Shown: positions 47,772 to 55,732, counted from the first letter of the stretch. The stretch: DNA of 64,000 bases from Candidatus Ryanbacteria bacterium RIFCSPLOWO2_12_FULL_44_26 (GCA_001821765.1 MHOA01000006.1:4389-68388), one strand, 5' to 3'. Notes: generated from the sequence alone by a model not told the origin. Numbers and translations are program-made.

Positions 47772-48244
47772 AACGGACAAAGAGACTCTTTGTTGTGGCG
47801 CACAACGTAAGAAGCGTGGCCAACGTAGGGTCTCTGTTTAGAACCTGTGACGGGGTAGGAGCGGCAAAGGTTTTTCTTACCGGTTATACCCCGTCTCCCG
47901 TTGATGAAATGGGAAGAGCAAGAAATGATTTTCAAAAAACCGCCCTCGGCGCGGATAAAAATGTTGTTTGGGAAAAACAAAGCAGTATAGCGCGTCTTAT
48001 AGAGCGTTTAAGGAATGAAGGAATAAGCATTGTTATGCTTGAGCAATCAAAATCAGCGATTGATTACAGAGCATTTCGTCCCCAGTTCCCTTTGGCGCTT
48101 GTGGTGGGGAACGAAGTGCGCGGGCTTTCAGAGAAACTGCTCAAGAAAGCTGATTGGTTTATTCAAATTCCGATGTTTGGAAAAAAGGAATCCTTAAACG
48201 TTGCTGTCGCTTTCGGCATCGCAGCGTATAAACTACTGGAGTAA
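47768..48244 (+). CDS. SpoU/TrmH-family RNA 2'-O-methyltransferase
   Basis: 158 aa. LVVGNEVRGLSEKLL...IQIPMFGKKESLNVAVAFGIAAY SPOUT knot motifs. 4-nt overlap with rarA. Confidence 0.8.
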   Translation: MKRTKRLFVVAHNVRSVANVGSLFRTCDGVGAAKVFLTGYTPSPVDEMGRARNDFQKTALGADKNVVWEKQSSIARLIERLRNEGISIVMLEQSKSAIDYRAFRPQFPLALVVGNEVRGLSEKLLKKADWFIQIPMFGKKESLNVAVAFGIAAYKLLE

Positions 48245-48431
48245 GGCGTGGATTATATGCCGGTAGACGAAAAGGCCTCCGTGCCGCCTCGCAAAACGAT
48301 AGCGTCGGTGTTTCCTGCCATCCTTATTTTTATGTTATATAATGTAAGTGTGGTGTTTGTAGGTTTATTTCCTGCATCGCCAAATCCCCCGGCAATCCGG
48401 GGGATTTCAGCATAGTAGTTTTTAGCACACA

Positions 48432-49118
48432 TTGATTTCTCAACTGACGGTGAAACAAGAAAGCGTACGGTCCATTAAACTGAAAACGGCTGATGGCGTT
48501 GAGATTGTTGGCGATTATTTCTCTGGCGTTACGGATCGCGGCGTCCTGCTTTTGCACATGATGCCCGAAACAAGAGAATCATGGGACGAATTTGCTCTTA
48601 TGCTTCAGGAACATGGTTACCACGTTCTTACAATTGACCTAAGAGGGCATGGAGAAAGCGAAAAAGGTCCCGACGGTTATAAACGTTTTTCTGATCAGGA
48701 CCATCAGTCATCGCGTTTAGACGTTGATGCGGCGGTTGATTTTTTAACGGCGTCGGGAGCAAAACACGTTTTCCTCATCGGGGCTTCTATTGGGGCGAAT
48801 CTCGCGCTGCAGCATCTCTGCTCCCACACGGAAATCCCCGCAGCGGTGCTTTTTTCTCCCGGTCTTGATTATAAAGGGATTGAAACCCTTCCGCTTGTAA
48901 AAAAACTCAATCCCCGACAGGCGGCGTTTTTTGTCGGATCACGAGATGACATTCGTAAAGACGGTTGGTCAAATGCGGAAATGGTTGAAGAACTTTATAA
49001 AAATTGCTCGGGCGAGTGTGACATCAAAATATTTGATGACGCCGGTCACGGAATCACGATCTTAAAACGATACCCGTCGTTTGCCGAGGAGATTATGGAG
49101 TGGCTTGAAGGGCGCTAA
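48432..49118 (+). CDS. Alpha/beta hydrolase fold protein
   Basis: 228 aa. Nucleophile elbow GASIGAN, catalytic Asp/His near the C-terminus (DDAGHG). Confidence 0.7.
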   Translation: MISQLTVKQESVRSIKLKTADGVEIVGDYFSGVTDRGVLLLHMMPETRESWDEFALMLQEHGYHVLTIDLRGHGESEKGPDGYKRFSDQDHQSSRLDVDAAVDFLTASGAKHVFLIGASIGANLALQHLCSHTEIPAAVLFSPGLDYKGIETLPLVKKLNPRQAAFFVGSRDDIRKDGWSNAEMVEELYKNCSGECDIKIFDDAGHGITILKRYPSFAEEIMEWLEGR

Positions 49119-49173
49119 GCTGTTGGTTCTGCATCTGGCGTCAATTACGAAAAGGTGTATAATATAGCAAGGT

Positions 49174-49977
49174 ATGAGTAAAGAAGTGGTTTTTGATTTG
49201 GAAACCGAAAAATCATTTGATGAAGTTGGCGGGCGCGGCAACGTGCATCTTTTGGGGGTTACGGTGGTCGGCGTCTATGATTACAACTCCGATACATATC
49301 GCGTTTTTGAGAAGGAAGATTTTAAGGCGCTTGCCGATTTTTTTAAGGGAGCAAGCAGAATTATAGGGTTTAATGTTCGGGCGTTTGATGTGCCTGTGCT
49401 TGCTCCGCATGTGGATTTTAATGTTTTTACGCTTCCCTTGCTTGATCTTATGGATGACGTTGAAAAATCCGCTGGGTTTAGGGTTTCTCTTGATAATCTT
49501 TCCAAAGCAACAATCGGGTCCTGCAAAAGCGGCCACGGGCTGGATGCTATTCAGTGGTGGAGAGAGGGCAGAAAAGATGAGGTGAAGAAATATTGCTTAC
49601 AGGATGTTCGATTAACGCGCGATTTATATGAGTTTGGCAAAAAAGAAGGATATGTGTTTTTTGAGTCCCGAACGACAGGCGCTAGGTCCAAACTGCCCGT
49701 TTCTTGGAAGCCAGCGGCGGCGGAGGATGTTTTAAGCGTTTTGCAAAACGGATTTCTGAAACGAAAAACTGTTGCTATAAGCTACCTATCCGCAGCCGGC
49801 GCTTCTTCAACCGAGCGGCTCGTTGATATTTATGCTATAAATCAAAGAACGTTTGAAGGGTATTGCCACTTACGTTCAGCGCGGAGAATCTTTACTATAG
49901 ACGGCGTAACAAGCGCCAAGATTACTGATAATACGTATAAAATTCAGGAAGATGTCCAACAACGACTCATCTCATAA
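49174..49977 (+). CDS. DEDDy-type 3'-5' exonuclease (PolB-exo/YprB-like RNase H fold) fused to a C-terminal WYL-like domain
   Basis: 267 aa. Exo I VVFDLETE, Exo II IIGFNVRAFDVPVL, Exo III YCLQDVRLTRDLY. C-terminal 90 aa (KTVAISYLSAAGASSTERLVDIYAINQRTFEGYCHLRSARRIFTIDGV) follows the WYL-domain pattern (v.i.Y...R.v.P..l...wyL.ayC.lR...R.Frl.RI) with EGY in place of WYL. Overlaps the next gene by 26 nt. Confidence 0.6.
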   Translation: MSKEVVFDLETEKSFDEVGGRGNVHLLGVTVVGVYDYNSDTYRVFEKEDFKALADFFKGASRIIGFNVRAFDVPVLAPHVDFNVFTLPLLDLMDDVEKSAGFRVSLDNLSKATIGSCKSGHGLDAIQWWREGRKDEVKKYCLQDVRLTRDLYEFGKKEGYVFFESRTTGARSKLPVSWKPAAAEDVLSVLQNGFLKRKTVAISYLSAAGASSTERLVDIYAINQRTFEGYCHLRSARRIFTIDGVTSAKITDNTYKIQEDVQQRLIS

Positions 49978-50470
49978 TGCTGTTTTTTACAACTCTAAAG
50001 GAACAGTGTTCACTCTTGATAATCTTTGTTCTGCGGTAAGGGACTACATTGTGCTCCATCCAAACGATTCGTACGAGATTGTCGTTGGCACCGATTCGCG
50101 CACTTCCGCCAATCACGCGCTGTTTGTAACTTCGCTTGTCGTAAGAAGGGTCGGCAATGGAGGGATATTTTTTTACACGCGCTTTAAAGAAAAGAAGGAA
50201 TATACCATTCGCGAGCGCATCTGGAAAGAAACCATGGTTTCCATTACACTGGCGCAGGAGATACGAAGCCGCATGAAAGAATCTCTCGGAGAGGAAATAT
50301 TCTGGAATAAGCAAATTCAGTTTCATCATATTCATCTTGATGTCGGCGTGAAAGGACCCACACGCGAGCTGGTGGACGGTGTAACCGGCGTGGTGAAAGG
50401 GTTTGGCTTTGTGCCGGTTATTAAGCCGGACTCCTACGGCGCGTTTGTGGTTGCTGATTTGTATACATGA
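49952..50470 (+). CDS. DUF458 / YkuK-family RNase H-like protein
   Basis: 172 aa. IVVGTDSRTSANHALFVTSLVVRRVGNGGIFFYTRF...RERIW...HIHLDVGVKGPTRELVDGVTGVVKGFGFVPVIKPDSYGAFVVAD closely follows the conserved blocks of B. subtilis YkuK (IVGTDSQ...HRVGKGG.YFY...RERLY...EIHLDVG..G.T.EL......GMV.G.GF....KPE.YAA..VAD), as recalled from memory. Confidence 0.7.
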   Translation: MSNNDSSHNAVFYNSKGTVFTLDNLCSAVRDYIVLHPNDSYEIVVGTDSRTSANHALFVTSLVVRRVGNGGIFFYTRFKEKKEYTIRERIWKETMVSITLAQEIRSRMKESLGEEIFWNKQIQFHHIHLDVGVKGPTRELVDGVTGVVKGFGFVPVIKPDSYGAFVVADLYT

Positions 50471-50627
50471 ATGTTTTTTATTCTTTCTTTGCAATCCTGA
50501 CGTTTCTTTCATAATTTAAAATAAGAAAGTCGGGATCCCAATCTTGCGTCGGGATGTAATAGTCCCGGCACCACACAGGACGCAGGGCAAACAAAACGCT
50601 GGCTCTTTTGCCCCGCACCAGCCCTGT

Positions 50628-50699
50628 GCCCCCATAGCTCAACGGATAGAGTACGGGTTTCCGGAACCCGGGATCGAGGTTCAATTCCTCGTGGGGGTA
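50628..50699 (+). tRNA. tRNA-Arg (anticodon CCG), CCA not encoded
   Basis: Manual cloverleaf: acceptor GCCCCCA/TGGGGGT, D-arm GCTC-AACGGATA-GAGT, anticodon arm CGGGT-TTCCGGA-ACCCG (U33, CCG, G37), T-arm CGAGG-TTCAATT-CCTCG, discriminator A. Coordinates approximate. Confidence 0.8.
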
Positions 50700-50764
50700 T
50701 AGGCATGGTGCGGGGCGGCACTTAAGAGATATGAATCGAGCTCTCTTAAGGCGTTTACTATAAT

Positions 50765-51277
50765 TTGCCCATACAAACAACAATGAAAATAACCCCGATC
50801 AAACAAAAAGATGATTCCGCTTGCGGCCCAACCAGTATCCAGATGGTGCTGGCATACTTTGGATTTTCTTATACATTTGAAATGATCGCAAAAATTTCAC
50901 AGTACAAGAAAAAGGATGGTCTTTCCAATAAAGATCTTGTTAAAACGCTGCGAGTATTACATTTTACCGTTCAAGAAAAAGCAAACGCGACATGGGCTGA
51001 TCTTACGCGATACAATACGGCTGATAAGGCTATCATCGTGTCATGGATGATGTTCGGATATATTGGACACTTTAGTGTTGTTGAAAAAGTTGATAAAAAA
51101 TATATCACCTTGGCAAATCCACACGATGGCAAGCATGCCAAGATGGAGAAAATGGCATTCATGCGCCTCTGGATGGATTATGACGACATGTGGTACCCGA
51201 TAAAAAATACTGACATTCAGCTGCGTTGGATGTGTATTATCTCAAAGAAAGGTAAGAAAAAAGCCCGAGGCAGGTGA
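50765..51277 (+). CDS. Standalone C39-like (papain-fold) cysteine peptidase domain protein
   Basis: 170 aa, TTG start. DDSACGPTSIQMVLAYFG (catalytic Cys context of peptidase C39 / C39_2) and a downstream HFSVV His. No ABC transporter adjacent. Confidence 0.5.
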   Translation: MPIQTTMKITPIKQKDDSACGPTSIQMVLAYFGFSYTFEMIAKISQYKKKDGLSNKDLVKTLRVLHFTVQEKANATWADLTRYNTADKAIIVSWMMFGYIGHFSVVEKVDKKYITLANPHDGKHAKMEKMAFMRLWMDYDDMWYPIKNTDIQLRWMCIISKKGKKKARGR

Positions 51278-51289
51278 ACCGCCTCGGGC
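51263..51289 (+). terminator. GC hairpin at the 3' end of the C39 peptidase gene (terminator-like, weak U-tract)
   Basis: GCCCGAGGC-aggtgaacc-GCCTCGGGC, 9-bp perfect stem overlapping the stop codon. Confidence 0.35.
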
Positions 51290-51357
51290 AAGTCGTCTTA
51301 CTGTGATTCATATACCCAACCGAGAGGGCACATCAGAGATTTTTGCTAAAATATGTT

Positions 51358-51427
51358 CAAGCTTGGTCGTATAAATACACCAGAACAAAACTTTTCGGCT
51401 TTTTGGTGTATTTATACGACCAAGCTT
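51358..51427. repeat. 24-bp perfect inverted repeat (hairpin, 21-nt loop)
   Basis: CAAGCTTGGTCGTATAAATACACCA ... TGGTGTATTTATACGACCAAGCTT read directly. Lies between the C39 gene and the tRNA-Phe promoter. The + strand ORFs through it (51343..51564, 51353..51595) look spurious. Confidence 0.6.
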
Positions 51428-51517
51428 TTAAGCAATCGCAGACACACCCCCATAGTGTCCGCTTCAGGAGCACTACTGCCGGGGTTCGGTTACCCCCCAC
51501 TTTTTACCTATATGTTT

Positions 51518-51545
51518 TTGCAAATCTGCGCGGAATTGGTATACT
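51518..51545 (+). promoter_or_regulatory. Candidate promoter for the tRNA-Phe/tRNA-Val operon (TTGCAA, 16-nt spacer, TATACT)
   Basis: Hexamers about 55 nt upstream of the tRNA 5' end. Approximate. Confidence 0.35.
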
Positions 51546-51601
51546 TTTTTTGTTGCCGAGGTAGCTGTGTTTTTAACGACGGCTTTTCCCGGTAACATCC
51601 T

Positions 51602-51914
51602 GCTTGGGTAGCTCAGTGGTAGAGCGCTTGCCTGAATCTTCGGGCCATCCCGCAGTAATGCGGGATTGCAAATCGGGTGAAATCGGAGAAACTTCCGCCA
51701 TAAACGGAACAACCCCGAGCCAAGCCGAAGCACATAACGTCTTATGTGCTCGGAAGGTGTAGAGACTATCCCTTTAAGGGAGTACTCCATTAGATGAATG
51801 CAGATTTATTAAATGGGGGAAGCGCCCGACATCCGCCCTAGGCGGATGATGATATAGTCCAAGTTGCTCAGGAAGAGCAAGGCGTCGGGAGTTCGATTCT
51901 CCCCCCAAGCACCA
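51602..51914 (+). tRNA. tRNA-Phe (anticodon GAA) interrupted by a group I intron in the anticodon loop; CCA encoded
   Basis: Exon 1 GCTTGGGTAGCTCAGTGGTAGAGCGCTTGCCT (acceptor, D-arm, 5' anticodon stem, C32 U33). Exon 2 GAAGAGCAAGGCGTCGGGAGTTCGATTCTCCCCCCAAGCACCA (anticodon GAA, 3' anticodon stem GCAAG pairs with CTTGC, 5-nt variable loop, T-arm GGGAG-TTCGATT-CTCCC, acceptor CCCAAGC, A73, CCA). The 5' exon ends in U and the intron ends in G, as required for group I splicing. The exact splice junction is ambiguous by the shared G/GAA. Confidence 0.7.
51634..51871 (+). ncRNA. Group I self-splicing intron (about 238 nt) within tRNA-Phe
   Basis: Contains the conserved group I core P7 strands: an R-like element AGAGACTATCC (GACTA) and an S element GATGATATAGTCC (matches consensus AAGATATAGTCC). 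GACTA/TAGTC are complementary as in P7. No ORF (too short for a homing endonuclease). Confidence 0.7.
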
Positions 51915-51927
51915 GTATTAAACTTAT

Positions 51928-52001
51928 GGGCGGCTAGCTCAGTTGGTTAGAGCGTCTCGTTTACACCGAGAAGGCCTCAGGTTCGAATCCTGAGCCGCCC
52001 A
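51928..52001 (+). tRNA. tRNA-Val (anticodon TAC), CCA not encoded
   Basis: GGGCGGC-TA-GCTC-AGTTGGTTA-GAGC-G-TCTCG-TTTACAC-CGAGA-AGGCC-TCAGG-TTCGAAT-CCTGA-GCCGCCC-A. U33, TAC, A37. Confidence 0.85.
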
Positions 52002-52297
52002 TTAAAATTTTCATTACAGCTTCTTTCCAATCCTTATCGTTATCTGCACAGAGCATTTCATCTGTGGCACATTTGTGTTTATTGGCAACTTGCTTGTATA
52101 TTTCTTTTTCATTCTCAAAACGCATTTCGATTTATTTTGAGCCCCAATTTCTAACTACGGCGGGCGTTTAGCGCAAGCCGTCGCTTTTCCATACGAGCTC
52201 TTTTTAAGAATGGAGTACTATAACAACATAACGTGGCCCTATCGCGCGGCATTATGTTATTGTGGTGAAGGTTGGCCATCCGGCACAAAATCAAACA

Positions 52298-52320
52298 CCA
52301 CGCTAGTGTTGCTAGCGTGG
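52298..52320 (-). terminator. Rho-independent terminator of hsp20 (minus strand)
   Basis: CCACGCTAG-tgttg-CTAGCGTGG 9-bp perfect stem immediately 3' of the hsp20 stop. On the minus strand it is followed by TGTTTGATTTTGT. Confidence 0.5.
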
Positions 52321-52327
52321 TTGGTTG

Positions 52328-52849
52328 TTACTCGTGCTTCACTCGCAGTTTCTGGATTCGTTTTTTGTCCCGTTTTTTAAGACGTATGGTAAGCATGCCG
52401 TTTTTGAGCGTTGCCTGCGCGTCGTCAGCGTCTACTTCCTGCGGAAGGAGGATCGATCGCGCAAAAGACCCCCAATACAGTTCCTGATAGTAATAATCTT
52501 CGTCGGTTGTTTCGTTTAGTCGCTGGCGTCTTCCGCGAATAGTGAGCATGTCTTGAGTGATGGAAACGTCCAAATCATCAAGCCGGACACCCGCCACAAA
52601 TCCCTGTATGACGATCTCATCGGGAGTTTGAAAAACATCAATGGTAAGCTGTCCTTCCTCTTCCTCCGCCCAGTCGTTATTTTTTTCATTTGCCTCTTTT
52701 GCGGTTCTCGCATTCGGGCGAAGCTGTGCGGTTTCTCCTCCCGCTTCGCTATTGCTTTCCACGTTCATACTGCCAGTGAGCCGCTCAAAAAAAGATCTTC
52801 TTTCTTTTGGCATGCATGTATTATAGCGTGTAGCGGGCGTATGCAACAA
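52328..52849 (-). CDS. Small heat shock protein, Hsp20/alpha-crystallin family
   Basis: Alpha-crystallin domain motifs (DVFQTPDEIVIQGFVAGVRLDDLDVSITQDMLTIRGRR...GSFARSILLPQEVDADDAQATLKNGMLTIRLKK). Likely true start at the internal MPKERRS. Confidence 0.85.
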   Translation of the reverse strand: MLHTPATRYNTCMPKERRSFFERLTGSMNVESNSEAGGETAQLRPNARTAKEANEKNNDWAEEEEGQLTIDVFQTPDEIVIQGFVAGVRLDDLDVSITQDMLTIRGRRQRLNETTDEDYYYQELYWGSFARSILLPQEVDADDAQATLKNGMLTIRLKKRDKKRIQKLRVKHE

Positions 52850-52853
52850 GCAA

Positions 52854-53651
52854 TTAATGAACTATGTGGATAGATCTTTCCGTCCCCAGCGTTTGTGTTT
52901 CGGGCGGGCAGTAGCGTCCGCCGCATCTTTTGGCGGGATGACATGTTTGATGCACCTTTTTTATATGTTCAAATGCAAAAATAACAAAAATCCCTACAAT
53001 TCCAACAAGCACAAGCGCTGGCTTTATGTCCTGACTGCCGGTATTGAGAATAATGATGTTAAATGTCGTATGTATAAGGGTTGCCGCCAAAAGGCCGGTT
53101 ACAAGACTAATACGTTGTCTTGTTTTGCTGTTACAAAACTGGTGTGCGATAAAAAAACCAAGCGTGCCGGAGGCAAGAGTATGAAGCAATGTTGCCCCAA
53201 GAAAACGCAAATTACCCATATCAATTCCCACATATATGCTGGCAGCGAATTCAGGAATGAGATACATGATGTTCTCCGCCGAAGCAAAGCCAAGCGCCGC
53301 TGTCATAAGATATACCATTGCATCTACCGGCTCGTTAAAGTCTTTTCTCCAGAAGATAATTCTTTTTGTAAGCGCATATTTTGACGTTTCCTCAATAAAT
53401 GCCAATCCTAAAAGCGTGGCGAGTCCCGCTGTGACTGGAGAGGAGAAAAGAAACCCAGCGCCACTTTTCCATATGAGCGAAAAAAGGAGCGCCGGAGGAA
53501 TGGCAAGAATTCCTCCCAGAAACGCGTAAAAGAGCAGCCGCTTTGGTTCCGGGTGGCAGTCCTCTTTAATCCAGAAAAACAGCCAAATAAGCGCCGGAAT
53601 AAGCCCCCCGATTACTGCATATGAAAACGACTGCTGTGTTATCTGGGCCAT
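52854..53651 (-). CDS. prsW: PrsW-family intramembrane glutamic protease
   Basis: 265 aa polytopic. Conserved FIEETSKY (EExxK) and GFASAENIMY motifs of PrsW. Confidence 0.7.
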   Translation of the reverse strand: MAQITQQSFSYAVIGGLIPALIWLFFWIKEDCHPEPKRLLFYAFLGGILAIPPALLFSLIWKSGAGFLFSSPVTAGLATLLGLAFIEETSKYALTKRIIFWRKDFNEPVDAMVYLMTAALGFASAENIMYLIPEFAASIYVGIDMGNLRFLGATLLHTLASGTLGFFIAHQFCNSKTRQRISLVTGLLAATLIHTTFNIIILNTGSQDIKPALVLVGIVGIFVIFAFEHIKKVHQTCHPAKRCGGRYCPPETQTLGTERSIHIVH

Positions 53652-55732
53652 GTTTCAATAATAAGGAGCTCTTTTTTTTCTTTCGGAAGATTCTCCCAGA
53701 CGCGTTCGGTAACAAAAGGGATAAAAGGATGCAGTACTTTCAGCGAGGAGGCAAGAACCCAAAGCAGCGTTTCGTTGGTCTCTTTTTTGTCCTTTAGTTC
53801 CGGATGTTTTGCGTTTTCCAGATACTGGTCGCAGAACGTATGCCAGAAGAAATCATATATATCGTGCAGCGCCTGACCGAACTCAAAATGTTCAATGTGG
53901 GCGGTGACGCGATCCCGGGACGCTTCAAACGTTTGTATAATGTTTGAGTTTGCATCAAGGGTTGTTTTCGGTTTTGCGTCCGGTATGTTGGAATTTTCTG
54001 TTTGCTGTAAAACAAACCGGCTCGCATTCCATATCTTGTTTAGAAACTTTTTCCCTGCAACCACATGCTCTTCCGCCCAGCGTATGTCCTGCCCCCCCAT
54101 TGCCTGCCAGATAATGCCAAAGCGCGTTGCGTCTGCCCCGTGCTTTTCTATAAGGCGCAAAGGATCAATGCCGGTGCCCAGAGATTTTGACATGCGTTTG
54201 CCTTCGCTGGTGAGAATCGTTGCATGGATCACGAGGTCTTTGAATGGGACCTCGTTTACGAACTCAAGTCCGGAAAAGATCATGCGCGCGTCCCATAAAT
54301 TAATGATTCCACGATCATTGGTGAGGACGTTGGTGGGGTAGTATGTTGCGAGATCTTTTGTTTTCTTCGGCCACCCAAGCGTGACGAATGGCCAAAGAGC
54401 TGAAGAAAACCATGTGTCAAGAACGTCGGTTTCGCCCTCAAGCGGGATGCGATGTCCCCACCAAATTTGACGCGAGATGCACCAGTCGCGAATGTTGTCG
54501 AGCCAGTTGAAGTAAAGTTTTTCCCATCGCTTTGGATGAAAGACCACTTTTCCCGATACCACAGCTTCTCTTGCCTTTTTTGCGAGCTCATCCATTTTCA
54601 AAAACCATTGGTCTGAAAGAAGCGGCTCAAGCACCGTTCCGCAGCGGTAACAGACGGCAACATTGTGGATATAATCTTCTATACGCGAGAGTAGTCCAAT
54701 CGCCTCAAGATCTTTGACAATTTGTTCCCGCGCTTCGCGCACGGCCATGCCCTCATACCGGATGCCGGCTTCATGTGTCATCCGCCCGTCTTCTCCTATA
54801 ACTTTTATGACGGGAACCTCATGATGTCGCTCTTTGATCTCGAAATCGGTGATGTCGTGCGCAGGCGTCACTTTAATCACGCCGCTTCCAAACTCGGGAT
54901 TTGCCGCTTCGTCGGAGATGACTTTTATGGAAATTTCTTTGAGGCGCGGCGCTTCCGTGCGGGGGACGTTGGGGTCGACCGATTGGATCAAGATTTCTTT
55001 CCCCGCATATTGTCTGTACCGCTCGTCATCCGGGTGCACCGCAAGCGCAGTGTCGCCCAGTTTTGTTTCCGGGCGCACCGTGCCGATGATAACAGGACCA
55101 TACTGTATATAATAGAACTTCGTCTTTTCCTCCCGGTATTCAATCTCAAGGTCGGAAAGACTGGTAACACAGCGCGAGCACCAGTTGATCGTGCGCTTTC
55201 CTTTATAGATCCAGCCCTTTTGGTGGTAGTGGAGAAATGCCATTTCAACCGCCTTTTGGTATGCAGTGTCCATGGTAAAGCGCGTGCGCGACCAATCAAG
55301 CGAGGCGCCGAGCTTGCGGAGTTGGTCAAGGATAATTTCGCCGTAGGTTTCTTTCCATTTCCACACGCGCAGAAGGAATTTTTCGCGGCCGAGGTCGTGC
55401 CGTGTTTTGCCTTCTTTTTTAAGTTCTTTCTCCACGACATTTTGCGTTGCAATGCCGGCGTGATCAGTGCCCGGCAGCCATAATACGCGATATCCCCGCA
55501 TCCTTTTGTATCGTATGAGAACGTCTGAAATGATATATTCAAGCGCATGTCCCATATGGAGGGAGCCGGTCACATTCGGCGGCGCCATGGTCATACAAAA
55601 AGGCTGTGTATGTCTTTCGGGGAGATTATCAGGGTTAAAAAGACCGGAATCCTCCCAGCGTTTGTATATGACTTGTTCATGTTCCTTTGGGTCGTACGCC
55701 TTTGAAAACCCCGAGTCTTTCATATGCGTCAT
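53639..55732 (-). CDS. valS: Valine--tRNA ligase (short form lacking C-terminal coiled coil)
   Basis: 697 aa. PPNVTGSLHMGHALEY (HIGH), GTDHAGIATQ, KRMSKSLG (KMSKS). ValS-type CP1 editing region. Confidence 0.9.
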   Translation of the reverse strand: MTHMKDSGFSKAYDPKEHEQVIYKRWEDSGLFNPDNLPERHTQPFCMTMAPPNVTGSLHMGHALEYIISDVLIRYKRMRGYRVLWLPGTDHAGIATQNVVEKELKKEGKTRHDLGREKFLLRVWKWKETYGEIILDQLRKLGASLDWSRTRFTMDTAYQKAVEMAFLHYHQKGWIYKGKRTINWCSRCVTSLSDLEIEYREEKTKFYYIQYGPVIIGTVRPETKLGDTALAVHPDDERYRQYAGKEILIQSVDPNVPRTEAPRLKEISIKVISDEAANPEFGSGVIKVTPAHDITDFEIKERHHEVPVIKVIGEDGRMTHEAGIRYEGMAVREAREQIVKDLEAIGLLSRIEDYIHNVAVCYRCGTVLEPLLSDQWFLKMDELAKKAREAVVSGKVVFHPKRWEKLYFNWLDNIRDWCISRQIWWGHRIPLEGETDVLDTWFSSALWPFVTLGWPKKTKDLATYYPTNVLTNDRGIINLWDARMIFSGLEFVNEVPFKDLVIHATILTSEGKRMSKSLGTGIDPLRLIEKHGADATRFGIIWQAMGGQDIRWAEEHVVAGKKFLNKIWNASRFVLQQTENSNIPDAKPKTTLDANSNIIQTFEASRDRVTAHIEHFEFGQALHDIYDFFWHTFCDQYLENAKHPELKDKKETNETLLWVLASSLKVLHPFIPFVTERVWENLPKEKKELLIIETWPR

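Noticed and set aside
49967-50512. 181-aa minus-strand ORF
   Set aside because: Completely antisense to the DUF458/YkuK gene, which has strong family-level sequence similarity. Shadow ORF.
51473-51790. 105-aa minus-strand ORF
   Set aside because: Overlaps the tRNA-Phe exon 1 and the group I intron core. The RNA features explain the conservation-like structure.
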